From an uncultured Candidatus Saccharibacteria bacterium (GTDB lineage Bacteria > Patescibacteriota > SICC01 > CAYSOT01), in NCBI GenBank assembly GCA_964432765.1, contig CAYSOT010000001.1:66096-130095 (forward strand): a stretch of 64,000 nucleotides of DNA, written 5' to 3'. A program made the position numbers and the translations under genes. The notes below the pieces were generated by a model that was not told the DNA's origin, made no database searches, and saw only the letters and a list, made by a program, of their open reading frames with translations. Of this stretch, positions 9,431-17,074 are shown piece by piece. Numbering within the stretch: position 1 is the stretch's first letter; each line of letters opens with the position of its first letter.

Positions 9431-11929
9431 CTAACGCACGGTGATGTCTTCGTAGACACCAAAGTCTTCGAGCCAAGCAAATCCATCAGCCACCAGGCGG
9501 AAGTACTGTCGATATGGCTGCACCCTGGCAGAAACAGTGCTTGCATCGAGTGCGACCATGAATCGGGCGGTCTCTCCTGGGTCTATTTGGTTATTTGAAT
9601 CGGCGACCACGGTCCCTCCGACCACCTTGCCAGCCATGAATGTCCCGACGCGATACCGTGTCAGCCAGTTGTCGGTGTCAGTTGGCAGTTGACCACCACT
9701 AAGGCCAATTGCCGCAAATGGTGAATTTTGGTCCATAGGCGTTGGTGCAAGACTGACAACCCCGCCACGTACCCACGGATATGTACCGGTATTTTTGAAG
9801 TCTACGAATATACTTCCGTAAGGACTGGTGGCTTTAGTAATAGTTGGAAACGCTGATTGACCAGCCCACTGCGCCCTGTAGCCCTGAGAGATAGACACCG
9901 GCCAGTAAATGCCGCTGTCATTAAGCCAAGCTTTTCCATCTACAACGAGATTGAAGAACTCGGCTGCAGCATATGGCCGATTCGGGCTCAGAGCCTGGAA
10001 AACGAATGTGGCTGCTTCGCCAGGCTGAACACTCGTCGCTGTATTGTCGTACGTTACATTGCCGCCACCATCACGTATCGGCTGGCCGGAACCATCCAAA
10101 TACGTCTTGCCAGCAAATGTTCCGATGCGGTGTGGCCCTTGCCAACTTGGATCCGCAATACCGCTACTGCGATCATTCGGCCTACTTGTACCGATCCGGA
10201 TAGTGTTGGCATCACCCGTATTAGTCCAGGCAACATTCCCGGTATTCTTGATGGTTAGAGAAAGTGTCGATGGCGTATTTGGTAGATTTGAGACGCTTCC
10301 GCTCTGTGTGAGCCACTGATATGAGAAACTGTCCGGTACGTTTGTAACAGTCCAGTAGATTCCAAGGTCGCGGCTAAACCAGGTGAGCCCTTCGGCGAGG
10401 GGACGATAATAAACCGCGTGCGTTCCGCTGAACGTACCGCCGCGCAGTGTGAAGCTGAACCTGGCAATTTCTCCTGGGGCAATCGACGTGGCGGAAGAGG
10501 TGGTCTTTGAGCCATCGCCGTTAATCGTGACTTTTTCAGTGAATGTGCCGGGACGAGCTGGATTAACCCAAGACGGATCGGCAAAACCGTCTGGCCTATC
10601 CCGATAGCGATCGGTACCGAGACGGACTGGGTTTGCCCCAGAGTTTTGCCAGGTGGCTAGACCTTCATTTTTCAGATCGAGATACACACTCGCAGTCTGT
10701 CCTGTGCGAAGTGTGAGCGTGCTACCCGAGCTGCCGTTTACTCCCTGCCCCTGGTAGGAATAGTCGTAATTACGGAATCCCATGTAATACGAAACGTAGT
10801 CATTGGTGCGATTCCGCACATTGCCAAGCTGGGCGTATTCGTACTGACCCGGACAAGCAGTGCTTGTATAGTCACGGTGCCCACTAAGCATATATTGAGT
10901 ACGTCCACTTGAATCTACGTAGGTCCGCCACGGTGCAAGGTTTGCCTTTGACATTAAGTATCCCGCGATATTGCTGACACTCTCATTAAGCTGCCCATAG
11001 GGCTGGCTAACGTCGAAGTTGCCAATCGTTGCAATGCCGGCACTATAGCGATTGAAGCCAAGTGTATGGCCCCCCTCAACAACAACGTTGTTAGTATTCG
11101 CAAAAGCCGCGTCGAAGTAACGACCCTGGAAAATGTTCCCTGAAACATCAACGAGATAATTGTAGCCAATATCTCCCCAGCCCTGATTGACGGCGTGGCT
11201 CTGCCAAATGCTCCGTACTGCGGCCGCACCATTTGGCGGATTGCCAGCTGTCACCGTATGGTGAACCATCACGCGCTGCAGAGCCCAATATTCCGGTGTC
11301 CAACTCGGTGAACTCGTCGCTTCAGGACACCCCCACTCTGCCCGAGAAATGATCCGCGGCGCTACATCAGCCGCCTTCGCCCGGGAAACTAAACTCGTTT
11401 TCTTGGCCGTCGGGTCTGGCCCTACACTGGCATCGATAAAGCTGAATCGGGGATTCTTGAAACTGACGGTCTGGCCTTCGCCATTCAAGCTGGCTCGATA
11501 CTGTACGTCTTTGGCACCATCGGCCAAGACAAACCCCGAATGTGCTCCATTGACCGGGGCAGTATCGGGGCGATCCTCGTCATCAACCGTCACCCAATCC
11601 GTCCAGCCCGTCTTGGTCTGGACACGAACTTGAACTTCGACTGCGTCGTGAGCGCCATCTTGATCCCACTGAAGTGCCACACCCGTTGTGTGTGCTTGTT
11701 CAGTTTTCACTGGCTGCGCCTCATAGCTGAGTGCTCCACTCGTTTTGAGCTCGGCACCACCTCCTAGATTCTCTCCACTTGTCACGCGACCTTCAGCGAG
11801 ATTGCCTTGTTTGTAGGACTGCTTAATATCGGCCTTAGTAGGTGAACCATCGGTAAGCAACAGCCCAACCGAAAGCGCCCCGAGTAGAGCTGCCGAGGCA
11901 ATGATAACTGTACTAAGTTTTTGTTTCAT
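9431..11929 (-). CDS. Exported N-acetylmuramoyl-L-alanine amidase (amidase_2/PGRP-like) with three C-terminal Ig-like repeats
   Basis: Signal/TM, IISRAEWG, VHHT, GWGDIGYNYLVD, GHRD...TACPG; three repeats with KNxGxxxW...PGExAxF...W..D.G(I/V)Y. Confidence 0.88.
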   Translation of the reverse strand: MKQKLSTVIIASAALLGALSVGLLLTDGSPTKADIKQSYKQGNLAEGRVTSGENLGGGAELKTSGALSYEAQPVKTEQAHTTGVALQWDQDGAHDAVEVQVRVQTKTGWTDWVTVDDEDRPDTAPVNGAHSGFVLADGAKDVQYRASLNGEGQTVSFKNPRFSFIDASVGPDPTAKKTSLVSRAKAADVAPRIISRAEWGCPEATSSPSWTPEYWALQRVMVHHTVTAGNPPNGAAAVRSIWQSHAVNQGWGDIGYNYLVDVSGNIFQGRYFDAAFANTNNVVVEGGHTLGFNRYSAGIATIGNFDVSQPYGQLNESVSNIAGYLMSKANLAPWRTYVDSSGRTQYMLSGHRDYTSTACPGQYEYAQLGNVRNRTNDYVSYYMGFRNYDYSYQGQGVNGSSGSTLTLRTGQTASVYLDLKNEGLATWQNSGANPVRLGTDRYRDRPDGFADPSWVNPARPGTFTEKVTINGDGSKTTSSATSIAPGEIARFSFTLRGGTFSGTHAVYYRPLAEGLTWFSRDLGIYWTVTNVPDSFSYQWLTQSGSVSNLPNTPSTLSLTIKNTGNVAWTNTGDANTIRIGTSRPNDRSSGIADPSWQGPHRIGTFAGKTYLDGSGQPIRDGGGNVTYDNTATSVQPGEAATFVFQALSPNRPYAAAEFFNLVVDGKAWLNDSGIYWPVSISQGYRAQWAGQSAFPTITKATSPYGSIFVDFKNTGTYPWVRGGVVSLAPTPMDQNSPFAAIGLSGGQLPTDTDNWLTRYRVGTFMAGKVVGGTVVADSNNQIDPGETARFMVALDASTVSARVQPYRQYFRLVADGFAWLEDFGVYEDITVR

Positions 11930-11935
11930 TATGGG

Positions 11936-11964
11936 AAAATACCACCATTAAGGTATTTTTGCAA
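11936..11964 (-). promoter_or_regulatory. Promoter of the amidase gene with overlapping inverted repeat
   Basis: Minus strand TTGCAA-17 nt-TATTTT, 6 nt before ATG. Inverted repeat AAAATACC-N8-GGTATTTT (11936-11959). Confidence 0.5.
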
Positions 11965-12035
11965 ATAGAGGAGAGACACAATCCCATTCTAGTAAGGTCT
12001 CTCTACGATTGCGAGCGGGCAACAAGGCCAAGATG

Positions 12036-12108
12036 TGGCAGTGGGTGGATTCGAACCACCGACCAACAGCTTATGAGTCTGCTGCTCTAACCACTGAGCT
12101 ACACTGCC
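12036..12108 (-). tRNA. tRNA-Met(CAT), probably elongator
   Basis: GGCAGTGTAGCTCAGTGGTTAGAGCAGCAGA-CTCATAA-GCTGTTGGTCGGTGGTTCGAATCCACCCACTGCCA; cloverleaf, no encoded CCA. Confidence 0.9.
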
Positions 12109-12183
12109 GGGTTTAGACGCCAAAGCGGCGCACATCAAGTATGCCGAGCTTCGGGATGAACCTCAAGCGTGCTGCCAACCTTG

Positions 12184-12255
12184 TAGCGGGGGCAGGACTC
12201 GAACCTGCGACCTCGTGGTTATGAGCCACGCGAGCTGCCACTGCTCCACCCCGCA
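12184..12255 (-). tRNA. Initiator tRNA-fMet(CAT)
   Basis: TGCGGGGTGGAGCAGTGGCAGCTCGCGTGG-CTCATAA-CCACG...CCCCGCTA; 1:72 mismatch and A11-U24 are initiator hallmarks. Confidence 0.9.
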
Positions 12256-12305
12256 TCGTGCGTACGTCGTACGGTACCTTATGGTACCTCCTCCATAGCG
12301 CTCTA

Positions 12306-12710
12306 TCAAGCGTTGTGACTACCAAAGAAGTAGCGCCACCATGCCTCTGGGTTCGACGGGGGCGGTGTTGGCTTTGTCTCGATTCCTGGACGAGTAAGGT
12401 TTGAAGAGTCATCACCTGTCGGCATCGGCACTACGATCACTCTCTCACCAGGTTTTTGATAGTTTAGTCTGGTCCGGGCTTCTTTTTCTTTAAACGAATC
12501 TGTTCGGTAATACGCGGTTAAGTTCTTAAGCTGGGTGTTTTGCTCTTCAAGCGAGCTTATCTCATTCTTTAGAGAAATTCTGTCTTGGTGAATTCTGTAG
12601 TTTTCAACGATCAGCTTTACCGACCCGAGCAGTAGATAGCCGATCACAATAAGAGCAAAGATATTGCCGGAACGTTGCCTGATCCATGAACTGATGTTTG
12701 ATTTCGCCAT
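12306..12710 (-). CDS. Septum formation initiator FtsB/DivIC family
   Basis: TM, coiled coil, EKEARTRLNYQKPGERVI. Confidence 0.85.
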   Translation of the reverse strand: MAKSNISSWIRQRSGNIFALIVIGYLLLGSVKLIVENYRIHQDRISLKNEISSLEEQNTQLKNLTAYYRTDSFKEKEARTRLNYQKPGERVIVVPMPTGDDSSNLTRPGIETKPTPPPSNPEAWWRYFFGSHNA

Positions 12711-12742
12711 ACGGCTCTAGCCTACACTACCGAATCGTCTTG

Positions 12743-12815
12743 TGGGCCCGCTAGGACTTGAACCTAGGACCTACCGGTTATGAGCCGGCTGCTCTAACCA
12801 CTGAGCTACGGGCCC
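12743..12815 (-). tRNA. tRNA-Ile2(CAT, lysidine-modified), probable
   Basis: GGGCCCGTAGCTCAGTGGTTAGAGCAGCCGG-CTCATAA-CCGGT...CGGGCCCA; acceptor and anticodon stems resemble Ile2; third distinct CAT tRNA; tilS nearby. Confidence 0.85.
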
Positions 12816-12829
12816 GAATTGTATCTCCA

Positions 12830-13105
12830 TTATGCGACAGCATCGTCTCGTGTGGCAGTCCGCCACACCCACAACCCTAGCAGCGCCCCAACAAACGAAC
12901 CAATCAAGTTGCCGTATGTCAGCGGTCCGTTCGAGACAGCGATGCGAGCCTCAACGGCCATGAGATATCCTGCACAGATGGCGCTGAGTATGCCCACAAC
13001 CAAGAGTGCAGCTACACCACCTGTAGCTCTGCGCCTCGATAATAAATAGCTTAGAACTGCGGCCACTGCACCGCAGATAGACCAGCTAATCAGAAATGTT
13101 GTCAT
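12830..13105 (-). CDS. Small membrane protein (3 TM), unknown function
   Basis: Hydrophobic ORF; likely start MTTFLISW immediately after the upstream stop. Confidence 0.6.
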   Translation of the reverse strand: MTTFLISWSICGAVAAVLSYLLSRRRATGGVAALLVVGILSAICAGYLMAVEARIAVSNGPLTYGNLIGSFVGALLGLWVWRTATRDDAVA

Positions 13106-13106
13106 A

Positions 13107-13637
13107 TTATTTAACGCTGTCCGCTTCGAGATAGACTTTCTCACCCTTCAACTTGGCGGTCAGGGAAGAATCGTTGTCTGGCCAATTTTGTTCTGTTTTC
13201 CACGTTGCCAGCTGGTCCTTAAACTCAACTATTTTGCCACGAACTGTTGCCGACGAAGTCGGGATAGAATCTTTCCAGCGAACCCAAAGGTAGGTGCCAT
13301 CCTGATCTTGAAGAAAGAAGCCAACACCCTGAACTGGGTTGGTAACCTTACCCACCACATCAACGTTTTTGTCTATGAACTGGGTCGGGGACTTATTGAT
13401 ACCGGAGACGGTAGTGCTTGGTTGAGCGGCGGACTCTACTTGGACCGAAGGTGTCGGGGTGACGAGCTTCTGCTCAATTGCGCTGAGCCGATCGTTGATC
13501 TTCTGCAGATCTTTATCGCTCGAAGAACCATTTGGAATGATCGCGCTGATGATCCAACTGACTATCAAACCGACAACGATGCCCGCAATGAAAACATTTC
13601 GGACCCGGTTTGAGCTGGAATAGCGAGCTGCCGCCAT
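13107..13637 (-). CDS. Membrane-anchored protein with putative OB-fold
   Basis: TM, short coil, INKSPTQFIDKNVDVVGKV...FFLQDQDGTYLWV. TATAGT 6 nt before ATG 13637. Confidence 0.65.
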   Translation of the reverse strand: MAAARYSSSNRVRNVFIAGIVVGLIVSWIISAIIPNGSSSDKDLQKINDRLSAIEQKLVTPTPSVQVESAAQPSTTVSGINKSPTQFIDKNVDVVGKVTNPVQGVGFFLQDQDGTYLWVRWKDSIPTSSATVRGKIVEFKDQLATWKTEQNWPDNDSSLTAKLKGEKVYLEADSVK

Positions 13638-13829
13638 GCCTGTACTATATCGCGAAGTGTTAAATTCTGCGATATCCAATACCAGAGCCGTACTGTGTGT
13701 GCGGTTTCAGCCGCCGCCTGTGTGCGTACCTGCTTGGCCGCTCGTTCACATTCGGCATCCCCAGATTGTTGAAAACTCTGTATTGACCAGCTTTTTCCAG
13801 TTGCTAGGATGGCTGCGACACGGAGCGCA

Positions 13830-14315
13830 ATGGAGATTCTTGCAATCACATTCTTCCCGCGACATACCCGGCTAACGGTCCGGTTTCGTCACCACCTCTA
13901 CTCCGGACAGCTCCCCACTCTCGCTACATCACTCATCTCAATGCTCCCCTCATTACGGGAGCATCTTTGTACAAACGCCCGCGGGCTTTCATTTGAACAA
14001 GAATTACACGACACCGAACTGGGACATGTGTTCGAGCATGTGATGCTCGCCATACTGGCTGATCGAGGTCTGTGTACACGGGGTCAAACGACCTGGAATT
14101 GGCATCGCGATCCAGTCGGAACGTACCATGTCACTATTTCGACCGGCAGAAAAATGTTAGTGAAAGAAAGCTTGCTCGTCGCCCAGGCGCTCTTCACGAA
14201 TGTGCTCGTAGGTCCGCCTTTGTCGGTTTGCTGTGGGGAAGGACTCTACCGGTCAGCCACCAGAGAAGAGGCACTTTCTGGTGCCCCAAGAACCGTGCTG
14301 GCGATAACCAGATAG
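13830..14315 (+). CDS. Stand-alone cyanophycin synthetase N-domain-like protein (putative Zn peptidase)
   Basis: LPSLREHLC...SFEQELHDTELGHVFEHVML...GQT...GTYHV matches the CphA1 N-domain pattern (LPxLxEHxC...F...GT..GHV.EHV.L). GGAG before ATG 13830. Confidence 0.72.
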   Translation: MEILAITFFPRHTRLTVRFRHHLYSGQLPTLATSLISMLPSLREHLCTNARGLSFEQELHDTELGHVFEHVMLAILADRGLCTRGQTTWNWHRDPVGTYHVTISTGRKMLVKESLLVAQALFTNVLVGPPLSVCCGEGLYRSATREEALSGAPRTVLAITR

Positions 14316-14333
14316 ATATGCCTGTATCGTTCT

Positions 14334-14371
14334 TAAAATAAAACCGGCGAAGCGCCTGAGCTTCGCCGGTT
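14334..14371 (-). terminator. Intrinsic terminator (U-tract on minus strand)
   Basis: AACCGGCGAAGC-N6-GCTTCGCCGGTT 12-bp stem followed by TTATTTT on the minus strand. Confidence 0.8.
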
Positions 14372-14545
14372 GTCAGATGTCGATGGATCTTCGGAGTGCT
14401 CAAACCCCATTGATGAGGTGGGTGTGTGCCACCTCGACCCTCGAGTCGAGATGAGCAACAGTCCCTATGTTGAACGTGTTGGAGTCGCCCTGCCGAAGAC
14501 CCTATATGTAAAGGATATCCGCCCTAGACATTACTGCGTCTGCTT
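14372..14545 (-). ncRNA. Candidate structured non-coding RNA, family not recognised
   Basis: No credible ORF; nested helices ATGTC/GACAT, GGGTCTTCGG/CCGAAGATCC, TGCTCA/TGAGCA, CTCGAC/GTCGAG, GAGGTGG/CCACCTC; ends at a terminator. Confidence 0.45.
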
Positions 14546-14627
14546 TTGGGAGACGATGGAAGTACTTCCAAACTTTTCCGCATCTCATCGTTTTCTTTTG
14601 GGAAAACACTTTGAGTTTTCCACCATC

Positions 14628-14652
14628 AAAAACGCCCCGCAGCAGCGGGGCG
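14628..14652 (-). terminator. Intrinsic terminator of the KGG gene
   Basis: CGCCCCGC-TGCT-GCGGGGCG followed by TTTTT on the minus strand. Confidence 0.8.
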
Positions 14653-14669
14653 CTCATGTTTTAATTCTT

Positions 14670-14879
14670 TCAGGCCGCAGTGCCGCGACGACCCGCTTTG
14701 CCGCCCATGCGACCGATTTTGGCAAAGTATGAACTACCTCGCTTTGCGGTCACTTTACCTCCGGCCTTACCAATCATCGCCATATTGTGCGTTGTGGCAG
14801 TTTTTTTGCCGCCTTTGCTGGCTACCTGTCGCACGCGCTCTGGTGTCATTGATGCGAATCCACGTCGAGATTTGGACAT
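14670..14879 (-). CDS. KGG-repeat general stress protein (YciG/Con-10-like)
   Basis: RGFASMTPERVRQVASKGGK, IGKAGGK, IGRMGGK; AGGAGG SD before ATG 14879. Confidence 0.88.
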   Translation of the reverse strand: MSKSRRGFASMTPERVRQVASKGGKKTATTHNMAMIGKAGGKVTAKRGSSYFAKIGRMGGKAGRRGTAA

Positions 14880-14991
14880 ACGTACCTCCTTAAACAACTA
14901 AGTAATTATGTTTGTATGGTACCACCCTACGCTGAGATAGCACTGAGGAGCTTTAGTGAACCTTACAATTTTTTCGACCCTGCCTTGGAAG

Positions 14992-16119
14992 CTACTCGAG
15001 ATCAAGCAGAGTAAGGGCAATTTTCAGTTGGACTGCATCGTCAAATGTTTCCGGGTCGAGCCCGATAAGCTCACGAATCTTTCCGAGGCGGTAGATAAGC
15101 GTGTTGCGATGTATGTGTAGAGCTTTTGAAGCGTTAGTGAGATTGAGACTATGTTCGAAATAGCCACGCAGAGTTTTTGTAAGATCTGGATCTTTCAGCA
15201 TGGGCGCAAGCGCTCGCTTAGCTATTTGTACCTGCTTATCCAAATCCAGATCAGCAAAGACGATGTTCAGACCAATATCGTCGATGTAGTACGCTTTTCC
15301 GGGCTCGTAGAGCTTCGAGCCGAGGCGAAGTGCCGCCGCAGCTTCACGGTATGAAGTTAAAAGCCCTTCGATACCAAGGTGCAAACCACCGATACCAACC
15401 GTAATACCCGCCCCAAGATTAGCCATCATTTGCTGCGCCTTTTGCCTGAATAGATCTAGGGTTTCGTCGTTTCTAGCAGCGTCCTTCAAAATAAGAAACG
15501 TGTTATAGCCAAAATAGGTGACCGTGTTGTCGCTTGAAGATGGAAAGAGGGCCGTAATCTCACGGGCAAGCTTTTCCTTGAAACGCGCTATCGGTTCATT
15601 TTTATCAGCAGCAGGGGCAAGTTTATCTTGGAAATCAGGGACTTCAACAAGGGTCACAAATCGTTGTTTTGTGAGATCTATGCCGAGCAGCTTGGCTTCA
15701 TCGACTAGGCGTTCTCGCTCTGCATCGCTCAAGCTGTGAAAAAGCTGCCACAGTACCTGATCAAGACTCTCTGTAACCCTTTGTTGAGACTCTTGTTCCA
15801 GCAGCAGTTCAGCAAAGCTCTTTGTCACGGGAACAACGTCCTTAACGTGGGGCAGGTCGCTATGCAGCACAAGCCCAGCAACTATTTCACCGCCTTGTCT
15901 GAGCGGAATGACGACTGCTGAGTCACCGTCGAGTTCGAATATGTCGCCTTTTGTGAGAGATCCAGAAACACCGGACAGCATGGATCCGGCAAGATTTGGG
16001 TCGTAAGAAGCTATTAATTCGCCGCTTGGGCTTACAAGGCTCGCATCACGCCCCAAAAGACTCATCACCTGAGTGACGAGAGTTTTCGCAAGATGCGGAC
16101 TAATGGTCTGCATACGCAT
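14992..16119 (-). CDS. CdaR/PucR-family transcriptional regulator
   Basis: C-terminal LTKTLRGYF...NLTNASKALHIHRNTLIYRLGKI HTH; central SYREAAAAL; CdaR-like N-terminus. Confidence 0.9.
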   Translation of the reverse strand: MRMQTISPHLAKTLVTQVMSLLGRDASLVSPSGELIASYDPNLAGSMLSGVSGSLTKGDIFELDGDSAVVIPLRQGGEIVAGLVLHSDLPHVKDVVPVTKSFAELLLEQESQQRVTESLDQVLWQLFHSLSDAERERLVDEAKLLGIDLTKQRFVTLVEVPDFQDKLAPAADKNEPIARFKEKLAREITALFPSSSDNTVTYFGYNTFLILKDAARNDETLDLFRQKAQQMMANLGAGITVGIGGLHLGIEGLLTSYREAAAALRLGSKLYEPGKAYYIDDIGLNIVFADLDLDKQVQIAKRALAPMLKDPDLTKTLRGYFEHSLNLTNASKALHIHRNTLIYRLGKIRELIGLDPETFDDAVQLKIALTLLDLE

Positions 16120-16210
16120 GGTGCACTATACACTAGCCGATTGCTCCAGTGATGTCTTGGATGTTTTCCTGTTGCTCCGAGTGAGCAGCGCGAGTATCAT
16201 TGGGCGCACT

Positions 16211-16606
16211 ATGAACGAGCGCATCACCGTTTTGCTGATTGAAGACGATCCCATGTTGACCGAACTGTATCAGACAAAACTGGAAATGGATGGATACGAT
16301 GTGCACGTCGTAACCGACGGAGAGGCGGGAATCTCCACAGCTCAACGCGTTGTGCCACAGCTGATCCTTCTCGACATTATGCTCCCAAAGCTTAATGGGT
16401 TTGAGGTCCTCAAGTCGCTGAAACAGGATCCGAACACAGCCTCCATTCCTGTAATCGTGGTGACTAATCTTGGTGGATCTAAGGCCGACACTGACAAAAA
16501 GCTTGCTCTTTCACTCGGCGCTGAAGAGTTTTTAGTGAAAACGTTTCATTTGCCTGACGACATTGTCGGAAAAATCCAAGCAGTTCTTGCAAAAAAGCAG
16601 GCTTAG
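16211..16606 (+). CDS. Single-domain response regulator (receiver only)
   Basis: VLLIEDD, LILLDIMLPKLNGFEVL, VIVVTN, FLVK; no output domain. Confidence 0.9.
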   Translation: MNERITVLLIEDDPMLTELYQTKLEMDGYDVHVVTDGEAGISTAQRVVPQLILLDIMLPKLNGFEVLKSLKQDPNTASIPVIVVTNLGGSKADTDKKLALSLGAEEFLVKTFHLPDDIVGKIQAVLAKKQA

Positions 16607-16689
16607 TTATCCACCATCTGTCCACATGGTGCTGTTCTTCATGGATTTTCTAAGTTAACTAGGCAAAACAGAGACCAGATGCGGCTTGC

Positions 16690-16718
16690 TTGACATGGTC
16701 AGTCGCCAGAATTATGCT
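16690..16718 (+). promoter_or_regulatory. Sigma70-type promoter
   Basis: TTGACA-17 nt-TATGCT. Confidence 0.6.
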
Positions 16719-16774
16719 GCAGACCCTACTTTTGTGGGAGCAGCAGATAGAGATAAACCGCCGGAGGCGGTTCT

Positions 16775-16966
16775 TTGCGCACAATGCAACCTCTCTACGT
16801 CCAACAATTGCTCAAAGTCCTTATTGAAGAGTATGAAGATATCGATTTCATGCTGAGTGCACTTGATAGTACGAGCAAACGTGACGCTGAATCGATCCGC
16901 CAACTACTGACAGTGCTCGGCACAAAAAACCGAGCGCTCATCGCTCGCTTTGATGCCGTAGATTGA
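16775..16966 (+). CDS. Small helical hypothetical protein
   Basis: 63-aa amphipathic ORF downstream of a promoter; GGAGG 7 nt before the TTG start. Confidence 0.5.
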   Translation: MRTMQPLYVQQLLKVLIEEYEDIDFMLSALDSTSKRDAESIRQLLTVLGTKNRALIARFDAVD

Positions 16967-16991
16967 CATACGGCGCATTTGTTGCTACGCT
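16963..16991 (+). promoter_or_regulatory. Sigma70-type promoter
   Basis: TTGACA-17 nt-TACGCT. Confidence 0.55.
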
Positions 16992-17074
16992 ACGGGGCTT
17001 TCCTTGAAAGCACCCAGCGGTCGTTCGGACTTCCCCCCTTGGTCTGAACGTCCGCATTTGGGTATGGTAAGAGT

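Noticed and set aside
12066-12082. A31-G39 mismatch in the tRNA-Met anticodon stem as a sign of a pseudo-tRNA
   Set aside because: The rest of the cloverleaf is intact, and I recall the same GACTCATAAG pattern in other bacterial elongator Met tRNAs.
12113-12415. 100-aa ORF and other short antisense or overlapping ORFs in the track
   Set aside because: It overlaps the initiator tRNA and ftsB; such ORFs lack motifs and are shadows of real genes.
14370-14732. 120-aa plus-strand ORF across the candidate RNA
   Set aside because: Starts inside a terminator stem with no SD or -10, crosses another terminator and overlaps the KGG gene antisense.
16606-16626. Two DnaA-box-like 9-mers (TTATCCACC, CTGTCCACA) as a possible oriC
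   Set aside because: Both imperfect, only two copies, no dnaA/dnaN nearby and no clear AT-rich unwinding element.
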